Source: Candidatus Shapirobacteria bacterium
GTDB taxonomy: Bacteria > Patescibacteriota > Microgenomatia > PFEM01 > JBDRBL01
DNA: 64,000 bases
Assembly: GCA_043822685.1 (NCBI GenBank)
Contig: JBDRBL010000003.1
Coordinates: forward strand, 4,659 to 68,658
Reading direction: 5' to 3'
The notes under the pieces are model-generated. The model was not told where the DNA came from. It was given only the letters and a program-made list of their open reading frames with translations, and ran no database searches. The translations under genes were made by a program, and so were the position numbers. Positions 9,199 through 19,621 of this stretch are shown here, piece after piece. Every line of letters begins with the position of its first letter. Within the stretch, counting starts at the first letter, position 1.

Positions 9199-10169
9199 TT
9201 AAGATTGGCATTAATGGCTTTGGGCGGATCGGTCGAGTCGTGCTCCGCGCGATTTTGGAGCGTTATTCTGATCAAATTGAAGTTGTGCTGATCAATGCCT
9301 CCGATTCGATGACTCAAGCCGGCTGGTTACATCTTTTAAAACATGATTCGGTTTATGGTCTTTTTTCCAAAGGGGTAGCGATTCCTTTTTCTTTTCAACG
9401 TGATCCGGCTCTGATTCCCTGGCAGGATTTCGGAGTTCAGGTGGTTTTGGAATGTACCGGGGCCTTCCGTAATAAAGAGGCCTTGGAAGCCCATCTTCGC
9501 GGCAACAATCTTAAGGTTGTTGTTTCTGCTCCGGCCAAGGGAGTAGAAACTTATGTTTTGGGAGTCAATGATCAAAATTATCAAGGGGCTAAAATTATCA
9601 GTAACGCCTCCTGTACTACTAACTGTATTGCCCCGATCACTAAAATTGTCTGGGATAATTTAGGGATTCAAAAAGCGATTATGAGCACGGCACACGCGGT
9701 TACGGCCGATCAGGAATTGGTGGACGGTTCAAATAAAGATTGGCGTCGGGCTCGATCAGCTTTGACCAACGTTGTTCCGACTTCGACCGGGGCGGCAATT
9801 GCTGTCACCGAGGTGTTACCCATGCTAAAAGGTCTTTTTGGCGGGTTGGCTTATCGAGTTCCCGTTAGTTGTGGTTCTTTGGCCGATTTAACTCTTGTTA
9901 CCACCAAACGGACAACCTCAGAGCAGATCAATGAGATTTTTACCATGGCAGCCAAGAATCAATACAAAAATTTGGTTCAGGTAACAGAAGAACAACTGGT
10001 TTCGCATGATATTATTGGTAATCCCGCCTCCGCCATTGTCGATTTAAATTTAACTCAAGTGATTGATGGTGATTTAGTCAAGATAGTTGCTTGGTACGAT
10101 AACGAGTATGGTTATTCTTGCCGTTTAGTCGAAATGGCATTAATGGTAATCGAAAATGACGCGAAGTAA
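9195..10169 (+). CDS. gap: type I glyceraldehyde-3-phosphate dehydrogenase
   Basis: INGFGRIGR, SNASCTTNC, WYDNEYGY. Confidence 0.97.
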   Translation: MIKIGINGFGRIGRVVLRAILERYSDQIEVVLINASDSMTQAGWLHLLKHDSVYGLFSKGVAIPFSFQRDPALIPWQDFGVQVVLECTGAFRNKEALEAHLRGNNLKVVVSAPAKGVETYVLGVNDQNYQGAKIISNASCTTNCIAPITKIVWDNLGIQKAIMSTAHAVTADQELVDGSNKDWRRARSALTNVVPTSTGAAIAVTEVLPMLKGLFGGLAYRVPVSCGSLADLTLVTTKRTTSEQINEIFTMAAKNQYKNLVQVTEEQLVSHDIIGNPASAIVDLNLTQVIDGDLVKIVAWYDNEYGYSCRLVEMALMVIENDAK

Positions 10170-10839
10170 ACTGGCCAGTTATCTTGATTTGGCGAATCAT
10201 CATGCCAATGCTGTCCCTGACGACATTAAAAAGCTTTGTGATGATGTTAAAAAATTTGGTTTTCACACTGCCTTTGTTAATCCTTGTTATATTGGTTTGG
10301 TTCGCGAGTGCCTTTTTGACAGCAGAAGCAAGATTGGAACGGTTATTGCCTTTCCTTTGGGCCAAGAAACGAGTGAGATCAAAAATATTGCTACTCTTGG
10401 CGCGGTTAACGAAGGCGCTGATGAGTTGGATATCTGTATGAATGTTGGTCTTTTTAAAGCCGGCAAGTTTACTGTGGTCAGAAACGAAATGCGCAAACTT
10501 GTAGATACCGCCAAAAGCTTTAAACCCAAGACGGTCGTTAAGTTTATTATTGAAACCGGTTATCTGACCGGTGATGAAATTCGTAAAGCCTCTCAGTTGG
10601 TTGTTGAGTCAGGCGCCGATTTTGTTAAGACTTGTTCCGGGTTGGGGCCGCGTGGGGCCAAATTAGAAGACGTTTCTCTAATCAAGGGAGTGGTAGGAGA
10701 CAAAGTGAAGATCAAAGTCGCAGGGGGGATTACCACTCTCCAGCAGGTGAAGGATTTCCTCGATTGGGGTGCGGATAGGATCGGCACTTCTCATGCGGTG
10801 GAGATTTATAACGAATTCTTAAAAACAAGTCAAAAATAA
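10156..10839 (+). CDS. deoC: deoxyribose-phosphate aldolase
   Basis: GADELD, KFIIET, DFVKT, KVAGGI, RIGTS. Confidence 0.93.
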   Translation: MTRSKLASYLDLANHHANAVPDDIKKLCDDVKKFGFHTAFVNPCYIGLVRECLFDSRSKIGTVIAFPLGQETSEIKNIATLGAVNEGADELDICMNVGLFKAGKFTVVRNEMRKLVDTAKSFKPKTVVKFIIETGYLTGDEIRKASQLVVESGADFVKTCSGLGPRGAKLEDVSLIKGVVGDKVKIKVAGGITTLQQVKDFLDWGADRIGTSHAVEIYNEFLKTSQK

Positions 10840-11700
10840 ATGATGAATACACGGGAGATTTTGGTAAAAGCTAGGGAGGAAAAACGAGCCATTGGGGCGT
10901 TTAATGCCGGCAATTTGGAAATTGCCAAGGCGGTTTTGCAAGCGGCGCAAGTTAAACAAACTCCGATTATTATTCAAACTTCAGCCAAGGAAGCGCTTCA
11001 TTTTGGGATGAAGAATTTTTTGGCGGTAGTTGATAATTTTCGGGAAGAAACCGGTTTGGCTATTTTAACTAATCTTGACCACGGTCCGGATTTGGAAACC
11101 TGTCAGAAAGCGATCGAGTTGGGTTACGACCTGATTCACTTTGATGGCTCGTGCTTAAGCTGGGAAGAAAATTTACGAATTACTCAAGATTTGGTCAAAT
11201 TAGCCCACGCACACGCTCTTTTGCTGGAAGGAGAGATTGATGCCATTATGGGAAGTGAAGAAGCGGGAGAGATTAATTATACCGATCCGCGTCAAGCGGC
11301 GGATTTTGTTGGCCAGACCGGTTGTGATTTGTTGGCGGTTTTTGTCGGCAATCGTCATGGTATTTGTCCGGAAGGAGAACCATTGGCTTTAAACCGCCTT
11401 GGCCAAATTGCCGCTCAAATTGATTGTTTTTTGACCTTGCATGGTGGTTCAGGGATTGCCTCTGATCAAATTCATCAGGCGATTAATTTGGGAGTGGTCA
11501 AAATCAACGTTAATACCGAATTGCGTTTGGCTTACAAGGAGACATTAGAGAACGTTTTGCGTGGTTCGGAAGAAGTCGCTGTGCATCAGCTGATGCCTCC
11601 CGTAATGGCCGCGGTGCAAAAAGTGGTCGAGGAAAAGATTGATTTGTTCAACAACCAATTTTCCCCCGGTGATATTCCTCACTTAAAACCAGAGATTTAA
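10840..11700 (+). CDS. fba: class II fructose-bisphosphate aldolase
   Basis: NLDHG, GNRHG, LHGGSG, KINVNTE. Confidence 0.92.
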   Translation: MMNTREILVKAREEKRAIGAFNAGNLEIAKAVLQAAQVKQTPIIIQTSAKEALHFGMKNFLAVVDNFREETGLAILTNLDHGPDLETCQKAIELGYDLIHFDGSCLSWEENLRITQDLVKLAHAHALLLEGEIDAIMGSEEAGEINYTDPRQAADFVGQTGCDLLAVFVGNRHGICPEGEPLALNRLGQIAAQIDCFLTLHGGSGIASDQIHQAINLGVVKINVNTELRLAYKETLENVLRGSEEVAVHQLMPPVMAAVQKVVEEKIDLFNNQFSPGDIPHLKPEI

Positions 11701-11702
11701 AA

Positions 11703-11894
11703 ATGAAATTCTCTTTTAAAATTTCTCGACCGCAATTACGTGTTTTTTCGGCCGTTTGCTCCGATTTTGCCGTTTTCTGGCTTGGAGCAATGCTTGCTAC
11801 CAGAGACATTCCAACCTTGATTACCAATCTATTTTTTGCTACAGTATCAATAGATTTAGCAGTGAGAGCAGAAACGATTTTGGAGGAAATATGA
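11703..11894 (+). CDS. small membrane protein
   Basis: 63 aa, two hydrophobic segments, coupled to the next ORF. Confidence 0.6.
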   Translation: MKFSFKISRPQLRVFSAVCSDFAVFWLGAMLATRDIPTLITNLFFATVSIDLAVRAETILEEI

Positions 11895-12019
11895 TTGATT
11901 TAACTCCGACAATTAATTTAGCGCAGATTGCCTTTGCTTTTGGTTTATTGTCCGTGGCGGTTCTGTATTACGTCTTTGCCAAAAAACCACTCGTCCCACC
12001 CAAAAAGTCCAAGAAATAA
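11891..12019 (+). CDS. single-TM microprotein (42 aa)
   Basis: GGAGG SD, ATGA overlap, one TM helix, Lys-rich tail. Confidence 0.6.
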   Translation: MIDLTPTINLAQIAFAFGLLSVAVLYYVFAKKPLVPPKKSKK

Positions 12020-12022
12020 CTT

Positions 12023-12403
12023 TTAGTGTTTTTCGGTCTCGGCGGCATCGGCTTCGGCTTTGGTTTTTTGGGCCCGATCGGCCGGGTGATTGGGTGGGCT
12101 GTAGATGGTATACAACTTTAATGGCCCTATACCGCTGTTAACAATGTTGTGTTGGGTGCCTCGAGGCACCACAATCGCAAAACCATCACTTACTAACGCT
12201 TCCTCACCGTTCATTATTACCTTGCCCTCGCCTTGTTCGATGCGGAAAAACTGATCAACGGTGTCGTGTACCTCCATACCAATTTCCTCATTGGGCTGCA
12301 AGCACATCAAAACTAACTGCTGACCAACACTTGTGTTAATCACTTTACGAAAATAATCGTTTTGCAGGGTCATCTCTTCGATTTTGCCAATAAATCCGAT
12401 CAT
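12023..12403 (-). CDS. cupin domain protein
   Basis: EIGMEVH..DQFFRIEQG, GTQHNI, YSPPNH. Confidence 0.9.
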   Translation of the reverse strand: MIGFIGKIEEMTLQNDYFRKVINTSVGQQLVLMCLQPNEEIGMEVHDTVDQFFRIEQGEGKVIMNGEEALVSDGFAIVVPRGTQHNIVNSGIGPLKLYTIYSPPNHPADRAQKTKAEADAAETEKH

Positions 12404-12460
12404 GTATCCTCCTTATTTTTTAACATTTTTATTGTAGCAAAAATAGAGTAAAATAAAAAC

Positions 12461-13324
12461 ATGAAATTCGATGTTGTTTCTTTTGGCTCGGCCATTTGGG
12501 ATGTTTTTTTGTCGGTTGATAAAGTTGAATGGGGGAGTAAAAACGAAATTAAGGCCTTGGTTATGGGTAGTGGTGGCGGGAGTACCAATACGGCGGTAGG
12601 CATGGCGCGGTTGGGTTTAAAAACGGCGGTCGTGGGGCGGTGTGGTCAGGATGAGTTTGGTCGACGGATTGGTGACGAGTTAGAAAGAGAAAAAGTTAGT
12701 CTTCGTTTCTTGGTTGAATGCCGGGGAGAAGCGACCGATTACTCGACGATTTTGGTTGAAGCCAACGGCCGCTCAACCCCTTTAATTTATCGCGGCCCGA
12801 CTCGTTTGGAAGAAAAATTGATCAACTGGTCGGGTCTCAAAAAAACTTCTTGGTTTTGTCTTTCTTCTTTAGAGGGAAATTTGGGTCTGCTGGCGAAAAT
12901 TCTTTTTTTTGCTCGGCAAAACCGGATCAAAGTGGCAATCAATCCCGGCGCTCGCGAGCTTGCCCATGCGAGTCAACTTTTAGATTTGATCAAAGGAGTT
13001 GAGGTTCTGATTGTCAACGAAGAAGAGTCTCGCCAGTTAAAAAGCCAAAATGAGGGAATTTTTGTTATTACCAAAGGTGCTCGCGGTGCCGAACTTTATC
13101 AAACCGGTGAACATCTGTTTGAACCGGCGGCCAGAAAAGTAACCATGATTGACGCGACCGGTGCCGGTGATGCTTTTACCGCCGGCTTTTTGGTTGGCCT
13201 GATTAATGGCTCTGATCCCCGTCGTGCTTTGCGCTTGGGTTTGGCCAACGGCGCTTCGGTAGTGACCCAGGTTGGCGCAAAAACCGGTCTTTTGAGAGAA
13301 AATGAAATTGAGAAATGGATTTAG
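12461..13324 (+). CDS. PfkB family carbohydrate kinase
   Basis: GGGSTNTA, DATGAGDAF. Confidence 0.9.
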   Translation: MKFDVVSFGSAIWDVFLSVDKVEWGSKNEIKALVMGSGGGSTNTAVGMARLGLKTAVVGRCGQDEFGRRIGDELEREKVSLRFLVECRGEATDYSTILVEANGRSTPLIYRGPTRLEEKLINWSGLKKTSWFCLSSLEGNLGLLAKILFFARQNRIKVAINPGARELAHASQLLDLIKGVEVLIVNEEESRQLKSQNEGIFVITKGARGAELYQTGEHLFEPAARKVTMIDATGAGDAFTAGFLVGLINGSDPRRALRLGLANGASVVTQVGAKTGLLRENEIEKWI

Positions 13325-13333
13325 TTTTTTATT

Positions 13334-14224
13334 ATGATTGATTTGCATACCCATACCACTATGTCGGACGGGGTTTTGTCACCGGAACAATTAGTAGAAA
13401 AAGCCAAAGAAAAAGGTCTATCCGCTTTAGGGATTGCTGATCATGATTCGGTTGAAGGCGTAGCCGCGGCTCAAGCGGCGAGTAAGGAATGTGCTTTGGA
13501 GATTGTTCCGTGCATGGAATTGTCCTGTTATTGGCTGGAACGAAACCGGAAAGAATTTCACCTTTTGGGTTATTATTGTAATCAGCAAAATGGGGAATTG
13601 ATCGAGAGATTGGAATTTTTTCGTCAAGAACGTTTGCGCCGCGCCCAAAAATCCTTAAAGCTCTTAAACGATTTAGGTTATTTTGGTGATTGGGATTATT
13701 TGATTAAAATGGCCGTTGGCACGGTTGGTCGACCTCATCTGGCTCGTACTGTTTTGGAAAATCCTCAAAATCGAGAGAAATTGGTTAAGGAGTTTGGTCA
13801 ACTTCCTCATCTTGGTCAATTTATCGAAAAATACCTTATTTTTGGCCAATCTGCCTATGTCGAAAAAGCCGGTTTTGAACCAGATAAGGCGATTAAATTA
13901 ATTCATCAGGCGGGTGGAGTGGCGATTTTGGCTCACCCGTGTTTTGACTTAGAAATGGAGGTAGAGGATACATTGAAAATTTTTAAAGAATGGGAACTCG
14001 ACGGCCTGGAAGCGATTGCTCCTTACAAAAATCCACCGGAAACCAAGATTAAAATCGATTTTTTTTTAAAAATGGCTCGAAAATTTAATTTTTTGGTTAC
14101 CGGCGGTTCCGATTATCACGGCTTGGATGGTGTTGGCGCTGGCCTTGGTCTGCTCGAGTGGGGCTTGAGTATTGATGACCAATATTTAGTTGACTTAAAA
14201 ACATGCCTGGAATCAAAAAGATAA
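13334..14224 (+). CDS. PHP domain metal-dependent phosphoesterase
   Basis: DLHTHTTMSDG, DHD, AHP, GGSDYHG. Confidence 0.92.
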   Translation: MIDLHTHTTMSDGVLSPEQLVEKAKEKGLSALGIADHDSVEGVAAAQAASKECALEIVPCMELSCYWLERNRKEFHLLGYYCNQQNGELIERLEFFRQERLRRAQKSLKLLNDLGYFGDWDYLIKMAVGTVGRPHLARTVLENPQNREKLVKEFGQLPHLGQFIEKYLIFGQSAYVEKAGFEPDKAIKLIHQAGGVAILAHPCFDLEMEVEDTLKIFKEWELDGLEAIAPYKNPPETKIKIDFFLKMARKFNFLVTGGSDYHGLDGVGAGLGLLEWGLSIDDQYLVDLKTCLESKR

Positions 14225-14373
14225 TTCCCGGTAAAAAGAAGGGTCAATATTCCGGTAGTCGCCGTGGGGTTTTGCTGGTTTTTGCGCTTACTCTCCTTTT
14301 GGCCTTTTGTCTTTACCTTGTGCCGATGTTGCTGGCATTTTGGCAGCGTTTTACCGCTCCGGCTTTTGTTTAG
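14203..14373 (+). CDS. small membrane protein (56 aa; not in the ORF track)
   Basis: MPGIKKIIPGKKKGQYSGSRRGVLLVFALTLLLAFCLYLV... fills the gap between PHP and PBP. Confidence 0.45.
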   Translation: MPGIKKIIPGKKKGQYSGSRRGVLLVFALTLLLAFCLYLVPMLLAFWQRFTAPAFV

Positions 14374-16478
14374 AGCGATTGTGTCGGGGAGGGAGCAGGA
14401 GAGGGACAGTGATACTTTGGGGCGGTACCGGCCAAAAAGAGTTCTTTCTTCCTCGTGGGTGAACAAATCTCTGTTTCCTCCATCCCTTCCGGTCTTGGCC
14501 AGCCCCGGTTTTCTTTTAAAATCAGATTCATAATTTTGTTCCAAATCGGTGAAGCACCGGTAATTCCCGATGCCACATAGCTCATCGGCGAATTGTCATT
14601 ATTGCCTACCCATACCGCGGTCAAAAAGTCCGGCGTGTAGCCAATCGTCCAGTTGTCCCGGCGGTTTTGAGTTGTGCCGGTTTTAACGGCGACGTTAGGA
14701 AAGTCTTTGATGTTCAGCCACGAATGTATCCCAAACGCCGGTGACCGCGCTTCTGGATCAGCCAAAATATCGGTTAAAAGATAAGCAATTCGTTCGTCCA
14801 TCACCTTTTCTTTTTTAACGGTCATTTTTTCTAAACTCTGTCCACGCGCGTTTTTCACTTCCAAAATCGGGTTTAGTTCTACTTTTTGTCCCAGATTAGC
14901 TAAAGCGCCGTAAACTACGGCCATATCCGTCATTTTTACTTCGCCCCCGCCCAAAGTTAAGGATAAACCAAAACGTGATCGCTCTTTCCAAGTTGTAATT
15001 CCCATTTTTTCTCCCTGATCAATCATTCTGTTGACTCCCAGCGCGGCCAGCACTTTAACTGCCGGTACGTTATAGGATGAAGCTAGCGCTACCCGTAGCA
15101 CTACCTCGCCGTGAAACCGGTCGTCATAGTTGTTGGGTGAATACGGCGGCTGGCCGGCGACCTCGTAAGTGATGGGTGTGTCCGACAATAAGGTTGCGGC
15201 GGTAAAGCCATTGGCCAAAGCTACAGCGTAATTAATCGGTTTAATTGCCGAGCCTGGTTGGCGGGAGCGGGTTGTTACATTGACATTGCCGTCATTTTCC
15301 AAATCGAAATAGTCTTTTGATCCGACCATGGCCAGTATCTCTCCCGTTTCTGGCCTAGTTACCAAAGCCGCCCCGTTGCTGATTTTTAACGGTTCGATCT
15401 TGCCGATTTCCTCGCTGACAATTTTTTGTACTTTTTTTTGTAACTCCAGATCCAGCGAGGTGTAAACTTCCAGTCCGCCGCTTTCCACCATCGGCTGGCC
15501 ATATTTTTGCTCCAACAGCTCTCTAATGTACATCACGTAATGCGGCGCCTGAATTTCATTTCGCTGTGGCGCGAAATGCACCTCCTCCTTTTTGGTTGCT
15601 TCTTCCGCTTCCTTAGTAATAAACTTTTCTTCTCTCATTCGGCGAAGGACTTCTTCCTGCCTCTGTTTTGCCAATTCCGGGTTAGCGCCAAATGGTGAAT
15701 AAGTCGTTGGTGAAGCCGGTAATCCGGCCAGCAGTGCCGCTTCAGCCAAGTTTAGTTTCGCGGCTGGTTTATCAAAATAACTCCAGCTGGCCTCCTCAAT
15801 TCCGTAAGCCGTTCCGCCAAAGCCTACCTCGTTTAAATACATCTGCATAATTTCGTCCTTGGAAAATTGCCACTCTACCCTCAAGGCCAGTAAGATTTCC
15901 CTGATCTTGCGTGACCAGGTTTTTTCCGGAGTCAAGAGCGCATTTTTGACCAATTGTTGAGTAATCGTTGACCCGCCAACCAACTTTTGTTCCCGAATAT
16001 TTTTCCAAGCGGCTCGAAAAATTCCCTTTAAGGACAAGCCGCGGTGTCGATAAAACTCGGCATCTTCAATGGCGACCACTGCCTGCACTAGGTGAATCGG
16101 CAACTCGTTTATTTTGATCAGTGTTCGGCTTTGGCTGCGGTAAATTTTGTAGAGCAATTGACCGTTGCGATCATAAATTTTGGTTGTCAATAAAGGCTGT
16201 CGGTTTATCAATTGATTTGGATCCGGTAAATCCCTCAAAATTAAAAAATAAAAGTTAAAAAATAAAAACAAAAATCCAACTAAAAAAGCGGGGACTAAAA
16301 TCTTTTTAAAATTAAATTTAAGTTTAGCTGGAGGAAAAACGATAACAGTTTTTTTACGAAGATAGCGAGGTTTTTTTTGACTGGCTTTTTCCAGCAGCCA
16401 AACAAGAAGCCTAAAAAAGGGCTGGCCTATTTTTTGCAAAAACAAAGCTATCGGTGAGCCTGTCCTTCGCCGCTTCAT
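14370..16478 (-). CDS. class A penicillin-binding protein (PBP1A family)
   Basis: EDAEFY.HRG, GSTITQQLVKN, SAIK, SYN, KTGT. Confidence 0.95.
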   Translation of the reverse strand: MKRRRTGSPIALFLQKIGQPFFRLLVWLLEKASQKKPRYLRKKTVIVFPPAKLKFNFKKILVPAFLVGFLFLFFNFYFLILRDLPDPNQLINRQPLLTTKIYDRNGQLLYKIYRSQSRTLIKINELPIHLVQAVVAIEDAEFYRHRGLSLKGIFRAAWKNIREQKLVGGSTITQQLVKNALLTPEKTWSRKIREILLALRVEWQFSKDEIMQMYLNEVGFGGTAYGIEEASWSYFDKPAAKLNLAEAALLAGLPASPTTYSPFGANPELAKQRQEEVLRRMREEKFITKEAEEATKKEEVHFAPQRNEIQAPHYVMYIRELLEQKYGQPMVESGGLEVYTSLDLELQKKVQKIVSEEIGKIEPLKISNGAALVTRPETGEILAMVGSKDYFDLENDGNVNVTTRSRQPGSAIKPINYAVALANGFTAATLLSDTPITYEVAGQPPYSPNNYDDRFHGEVVLRVALASSYNVPAVKVLAALGVNRMIDQGEKMGITTWKERSRFGLSLTLGGGEVKMTDMAVVYGALANLGQKVELNPILEVKNARGQSLEKMTVKKEKVMDERIAYLLTDILADPEARSPAFGIHSWLNIKDFPNVAVKTGTTQNRRDNWTIGYTPDFLTAVWVGNNDNSPMSYVASGITGASPIWNKIMNLILKENRGWPRPEGMEETEICSPTRKKELFLAGTAPKYHCPSPAPSPTQSL

Positions 16479-16537
16479 AGCCGTATTTTAACAGAGAATT
16501 ATTTTCTGGCAACAAGAAGAGATGGCAGATGAACGAA

Positions 16538-18676
16538 TTATAATACTGGGGCGGGATGGATGATATTTTCGATTTTAATAATTTCGGCTTGAGCGGGGAA
16601 GGGGCAATCAAGACAAAATTTAGTACTCAATGGATCGGTAATGATATTTTTTTCTTGAATTTCTTTATTTTCCGGTAAAGTCTGTTCGTTGGCTAAAGCA
16701 CCGGTTGTTTTATCAATTTCCACGCCTTGTTTTAAGTTTTCCATTGGAGGGAGAGTGTCAGTCAAAAAATACTCAAATCGCGTTTGACAAGGTGCTGCCG
16801 GATTGGGAGAAAAACCCGAAGTGGCGCAAATTTCTGCTCCCACCAGGCCCTCCGGCAGGGAGGGCCACTGCTCTTTTTTGTCCTTTAGGGCGTAACTGAT
16901 AATCTTGTTCCAAATTGGTGAGGCCCCGGTAACTCCCGAAGCCACATAGCTCATGGGCGAATTGTCATTGTTGCCCACCCAAGCAACTACCAGAGTGCTT
17001 GGCGTCCAGCCAATTGTCCAATTATCCCGCAAATCGTTTGTTGTGCCTGTTTTGACCGATACTTCCGGATGGTTTTTAACTGCCAGCCATGAACTGGTTC
17101 CGAAAGCGGCCGACCTGGCGCCATTATCCAGCAAGATGTGATTGATTAAATAAGCCACTTCCATTGGCAGGGCCCGTTTGCCTTCTTGGTCCGGCTGGTC
17201 AAAAATCACTTTTCCGCTAATATCCTCTACTTTTTTGATTGCCCACAAATCTTGACGAATTCCTAAGTTGGCGAAGGTTGAATAGGCGGTTGCCAAATCA
17301 TACATGGTCACTTCGCCCCCGCCCAAAGTTAAGGATAAGCCGTAATTTACCGGCTCTTTCCAGGTCGTTAACCCCATCTCTTTACCTTTAGCCACCACTT
17401 CTTCCAGCGTATTTAAAGCGAGCACTTTTACCGCGGGGATGTTATAAGAATTTGCTAAGGCAAATCGCACGGTCACTGGTCCGTGAAATTGGCCATCGTA
17501 ATTCACTGGACAATAATTCTTTTGACCAGCGACTTGAAAGCAGGTCGCGACATCATTCAAAACTGTTGCCGGGGTAATTAATTTTTTTTCCAAGGCGGCA
17601 GCGTAATTAACAGGCTTAATTGCCGAGCCTGGCTGTCTGGGTCGAGTAACAACGTTAACGTTGCCGTCGATTTCTTGATTAAAGTAATCTCTTGATCCGA
17701 TCATGGCCAAGATTTCTCCCGTTTCCGGCTTGGTCACTAGAACCGCCCCGTTGCTGATTTTTTGCTTAACCAGTTTAGCGGTTTCGCTAGCCACGGTGGT
17801 TTGTGCCCAATCTTGCAAATCCAGATCTAGTGTTGTCGTGACGGTTAAGCCTCCTTGGGCGACCATCTTTTCGCCATATTTTTCTACCAGCAAATCTTTG
17901 ACGTACAAAACAAAATGCGGCGCTTTCATCCGATTGTCCGGTTCGGCATAAACAAGATCTTCTTTTAGAATTTTTTCCTTCTCTTCCGGTTTTAATTTGC
18001 CCATTTCTATCATTTGCTGTAACACCAGCGCCTGCCTCTGTTTAGCCAATTCCGGGTGTGCCCCAAAAGGGGAAAAACGTGTCGGCGATACCGGCAAGCC
18101 AGCTAATAAAGCCGCCTCCGCTAGGCTCAATTCCCGGGCATGCTTGCCAAAATACATCTCGGCGGCGGTCTCAATTCCCCAAGCTGTCCCCCCATAAGGC
18201 GCCTGATTTAAATACATCTCTAAGATTTGATCCTTGGAATAACTTATCTCGGTTGCCGCGGTTAAAAAGGCCTCTCTGATCTTTCGTTTAATTGTTCTTT
18301 CCGGGGTTAGCAGTGAGTTTTTTACCAGTTGTTGGGTCAAGGTTGATCCGCCCTGCAATGATTTTTTGAAAATGGTGTTGTAAGCTGCTCGAGTGATTCC
18401 TTTTAAATCGAAGCCGTGGTGCTGGTAAAAATTTTTATCTTCGGCGGCCAGTGTTGCCCAAGGGATGTATTCCGGCAATTCGCTTAACTTGACCGGCGTT
18501 CGGTTTTTCTCCGCATAGATCTCATAAAGTACTTCCCCGTTTCGATCTAAAATCCGGCTCGATGCCGGCATGTTATTGTCTGTTAGGCGAGCAGGGGAGG
18601 GGAGATCAATGAAAACATAAACCAAACCGCCGGCCGCGGCCAGCGCCAGAATTGCCAATCTCCTTTTGAACCTCAC
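16538..18676 (-). CDS. class A penicillin-binding protein, second tandem paralog
   Basis: EDKNFY.HHG, GSTLTQQLVKN, SAIK, SYN, KTGT; GTG start inferred. Confidence 0.95.
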   Translation of the reverse strand: MRFKRRLAILALAAAGGLVYVFIDLPSPARLTDNNMPASSRILDRNGEVLYEIYAEKNRTPVKLSELPEYIPWATLAAEDKNFYQHHGFDLKGITRAAYNTIFKKSLQGGSTLTQQLVKNSLLTPERTIKRKIREAFLTAATEISYSKDQILEMYLNQAPYGGTAWGIETAAEMYFGKHARELSLAEAALLAGLPVSPTRFSPFGAHPELAKQRQALVLQQMIEMGKLKPEEKEKILKEDLVYAEPDNRMKAPHFVLYVKDLLVEKYGEKMVAQGGLTVTTTLDLDLQDWAQTTVASETAKLVKQKISNGAVLVTKPETGEILAMIGSRDYFNQEIDGNVNVVTRPRQPGSAIKPVNYAAALEKKLITPATVLNDVATCFQVAGQKNYCPVNYDGQFHGPVTVRFALANSYNIPAVKVLALNTLEEVVAKGKEMGLTTWKEPVNYGLSLTLGGGEVTMYDLATAYSTFANLGIRQDLWAIKKVEDISGKVIFDQPDQEGKRALPMEVAYLINHILLDNGARSAAFGTSSWLAVKNHPEVSVKTGTTNDLRDNWTIGWTPSTLVVAWVGNNDNSPMSYVASGVTGASPIWNKIISYALKDKKEQWPSLPEGLVGAEICATSGFSPNPAAPCQTRFEYFLTDTLPPMENLKQGVEIDKTTGALANEQTLPENKEIQEKNIITDPLSTKFCLDCPFPAQAEIIKIENIIHPAPVL

Positions 18677-18713
18677 GTTGAATATTATAGCATTCTGGTT
18701 TATCATTGCTTCA

Positions 18714-19358
18714 GTGACCAAAATCAGTTTAAAGCGCTCTCTTGCTCTTTTTTCCTGTATTTTTCTTTTTTGGTCTTTTTATCGTTATTTTCCGGAGTTT
18801 TTACCGACTTGGTTCGAAGAATTGGTATTTAAACCGGCTTTTTGGCTTTTGCCTACCTTCTGGCTGGTTTTGAACTTGGAAAAACAACCTCTCTCTTCTT
18901 TGGGTTTTACCTCCAAGAATAAGTCTAAAGTTTTTTACTGGAGCTTTGGCTTCGGAATTATTTTTTTTGTCGAGGGGTTTTTAACCAATATTCTTAAATA
19001 CCGCGGCTTGCAGATTAGTTTCCCTTCTTTGTCTTCGGCAGTTAATGTTTTTTTTCTCTCTCTGATGACCGCTTTTACCGAGGAAACTCTTTTTCGCGGC
19101 TACTTTTTTACTCGTTTTTCTCGTCTCTGGCATCATGAATTATGGGCCAACCTGGCTTCCTCCTTTCTCTTTGCTCTGATTCATCTCCCGATGGGGGTTT
19201 TTGTTTTGAGTTATGTGCCGGCGATGCTGTTAATTTATTTTTTCCTGGTTTTTATTTTTGCCTTTGCCTCAGCCTTTATTTTTGCCCGTACTCAAAACTT
19301 GTTCTCCAGCATCCTGCTTCATCTTTTCTGGTCCTGGCCGATTATGTTGTTTAAATAA
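18714..19358 (+). CDS. CPBP/CAAX (Abi) intramembrane protease
   Basis: EETLFRG, FALIH, LLH. Confidence 0.88.
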   Translation: MTKISLKRSLALFSCIFLFWSFYRYFPEFLPTWFEELVFKPAFWLLPTFWLVLNLEKQPLSSLGFTSKNKSKVFYWSFGFGIIFFVEGFLTNILKYRGLQISFPSLSSAVNVFFLSLMTAFTEETLFRGYFFTRFSRLWHHELWANLASSFLFALIHLPMGVFVLSYVPAMLLIYFFLVFIFAFASAFIFARTQNLFSSILLHLFWSWPIMLFK

Positions 19359-19364
19359 AAATTT

Positions 19365-19525
19365 ATGAAAAAGTTAACCATTACTCAAAAAAGCCGGCTT
19401 TCCGAGATTCTTGGCAACATTGCTGTAGCTTGGTTTTCCGCTTAATTGCTTTTGGAATTTCGTTGACGATGAGCGTCTTCTCTGGTATGATGTCCTTAAA
19501 ATTATTGGGGAGGTTAACAAAATGA
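19365..19525 (+). pseudogene. frameshifted small membrane protein
   Basis: MKKLTITQKSRLSEILGNIAVAWFSA* (stop 19445); hydrophobic continuation in another frame ends at an ATGA overlap at 19525. Confidence 0.45.
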
Positions 19526-19620
19526 TTGAGTGGAATGTGGTTAATACTTATCTTTTTGCCGGTATTGTCAGTAGCTTGTTGCTTATTTTTAGCTGGTTTG
19601 CTTTTTTAAAGAAAAAATAA
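19522..19620 (+). CDS. single-TM microprotein (32 aa)
   Basis: GGAGG SD; MIEWNVVNTYLFAGIVSSLLLIFSWFAFLKKK. Confidence 0.55.
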   Translation: MIEWNVVNTYLFAGIVSSLLLIFSWFAFLKKK

Positions 19621-19621
19621 T

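Noticed and set aside
14370-18676. Tandem PBP1A paralogs as a novel system
   Set aside because: Both have ordinary intact motifs, and multiple class A PBPs are commonplace
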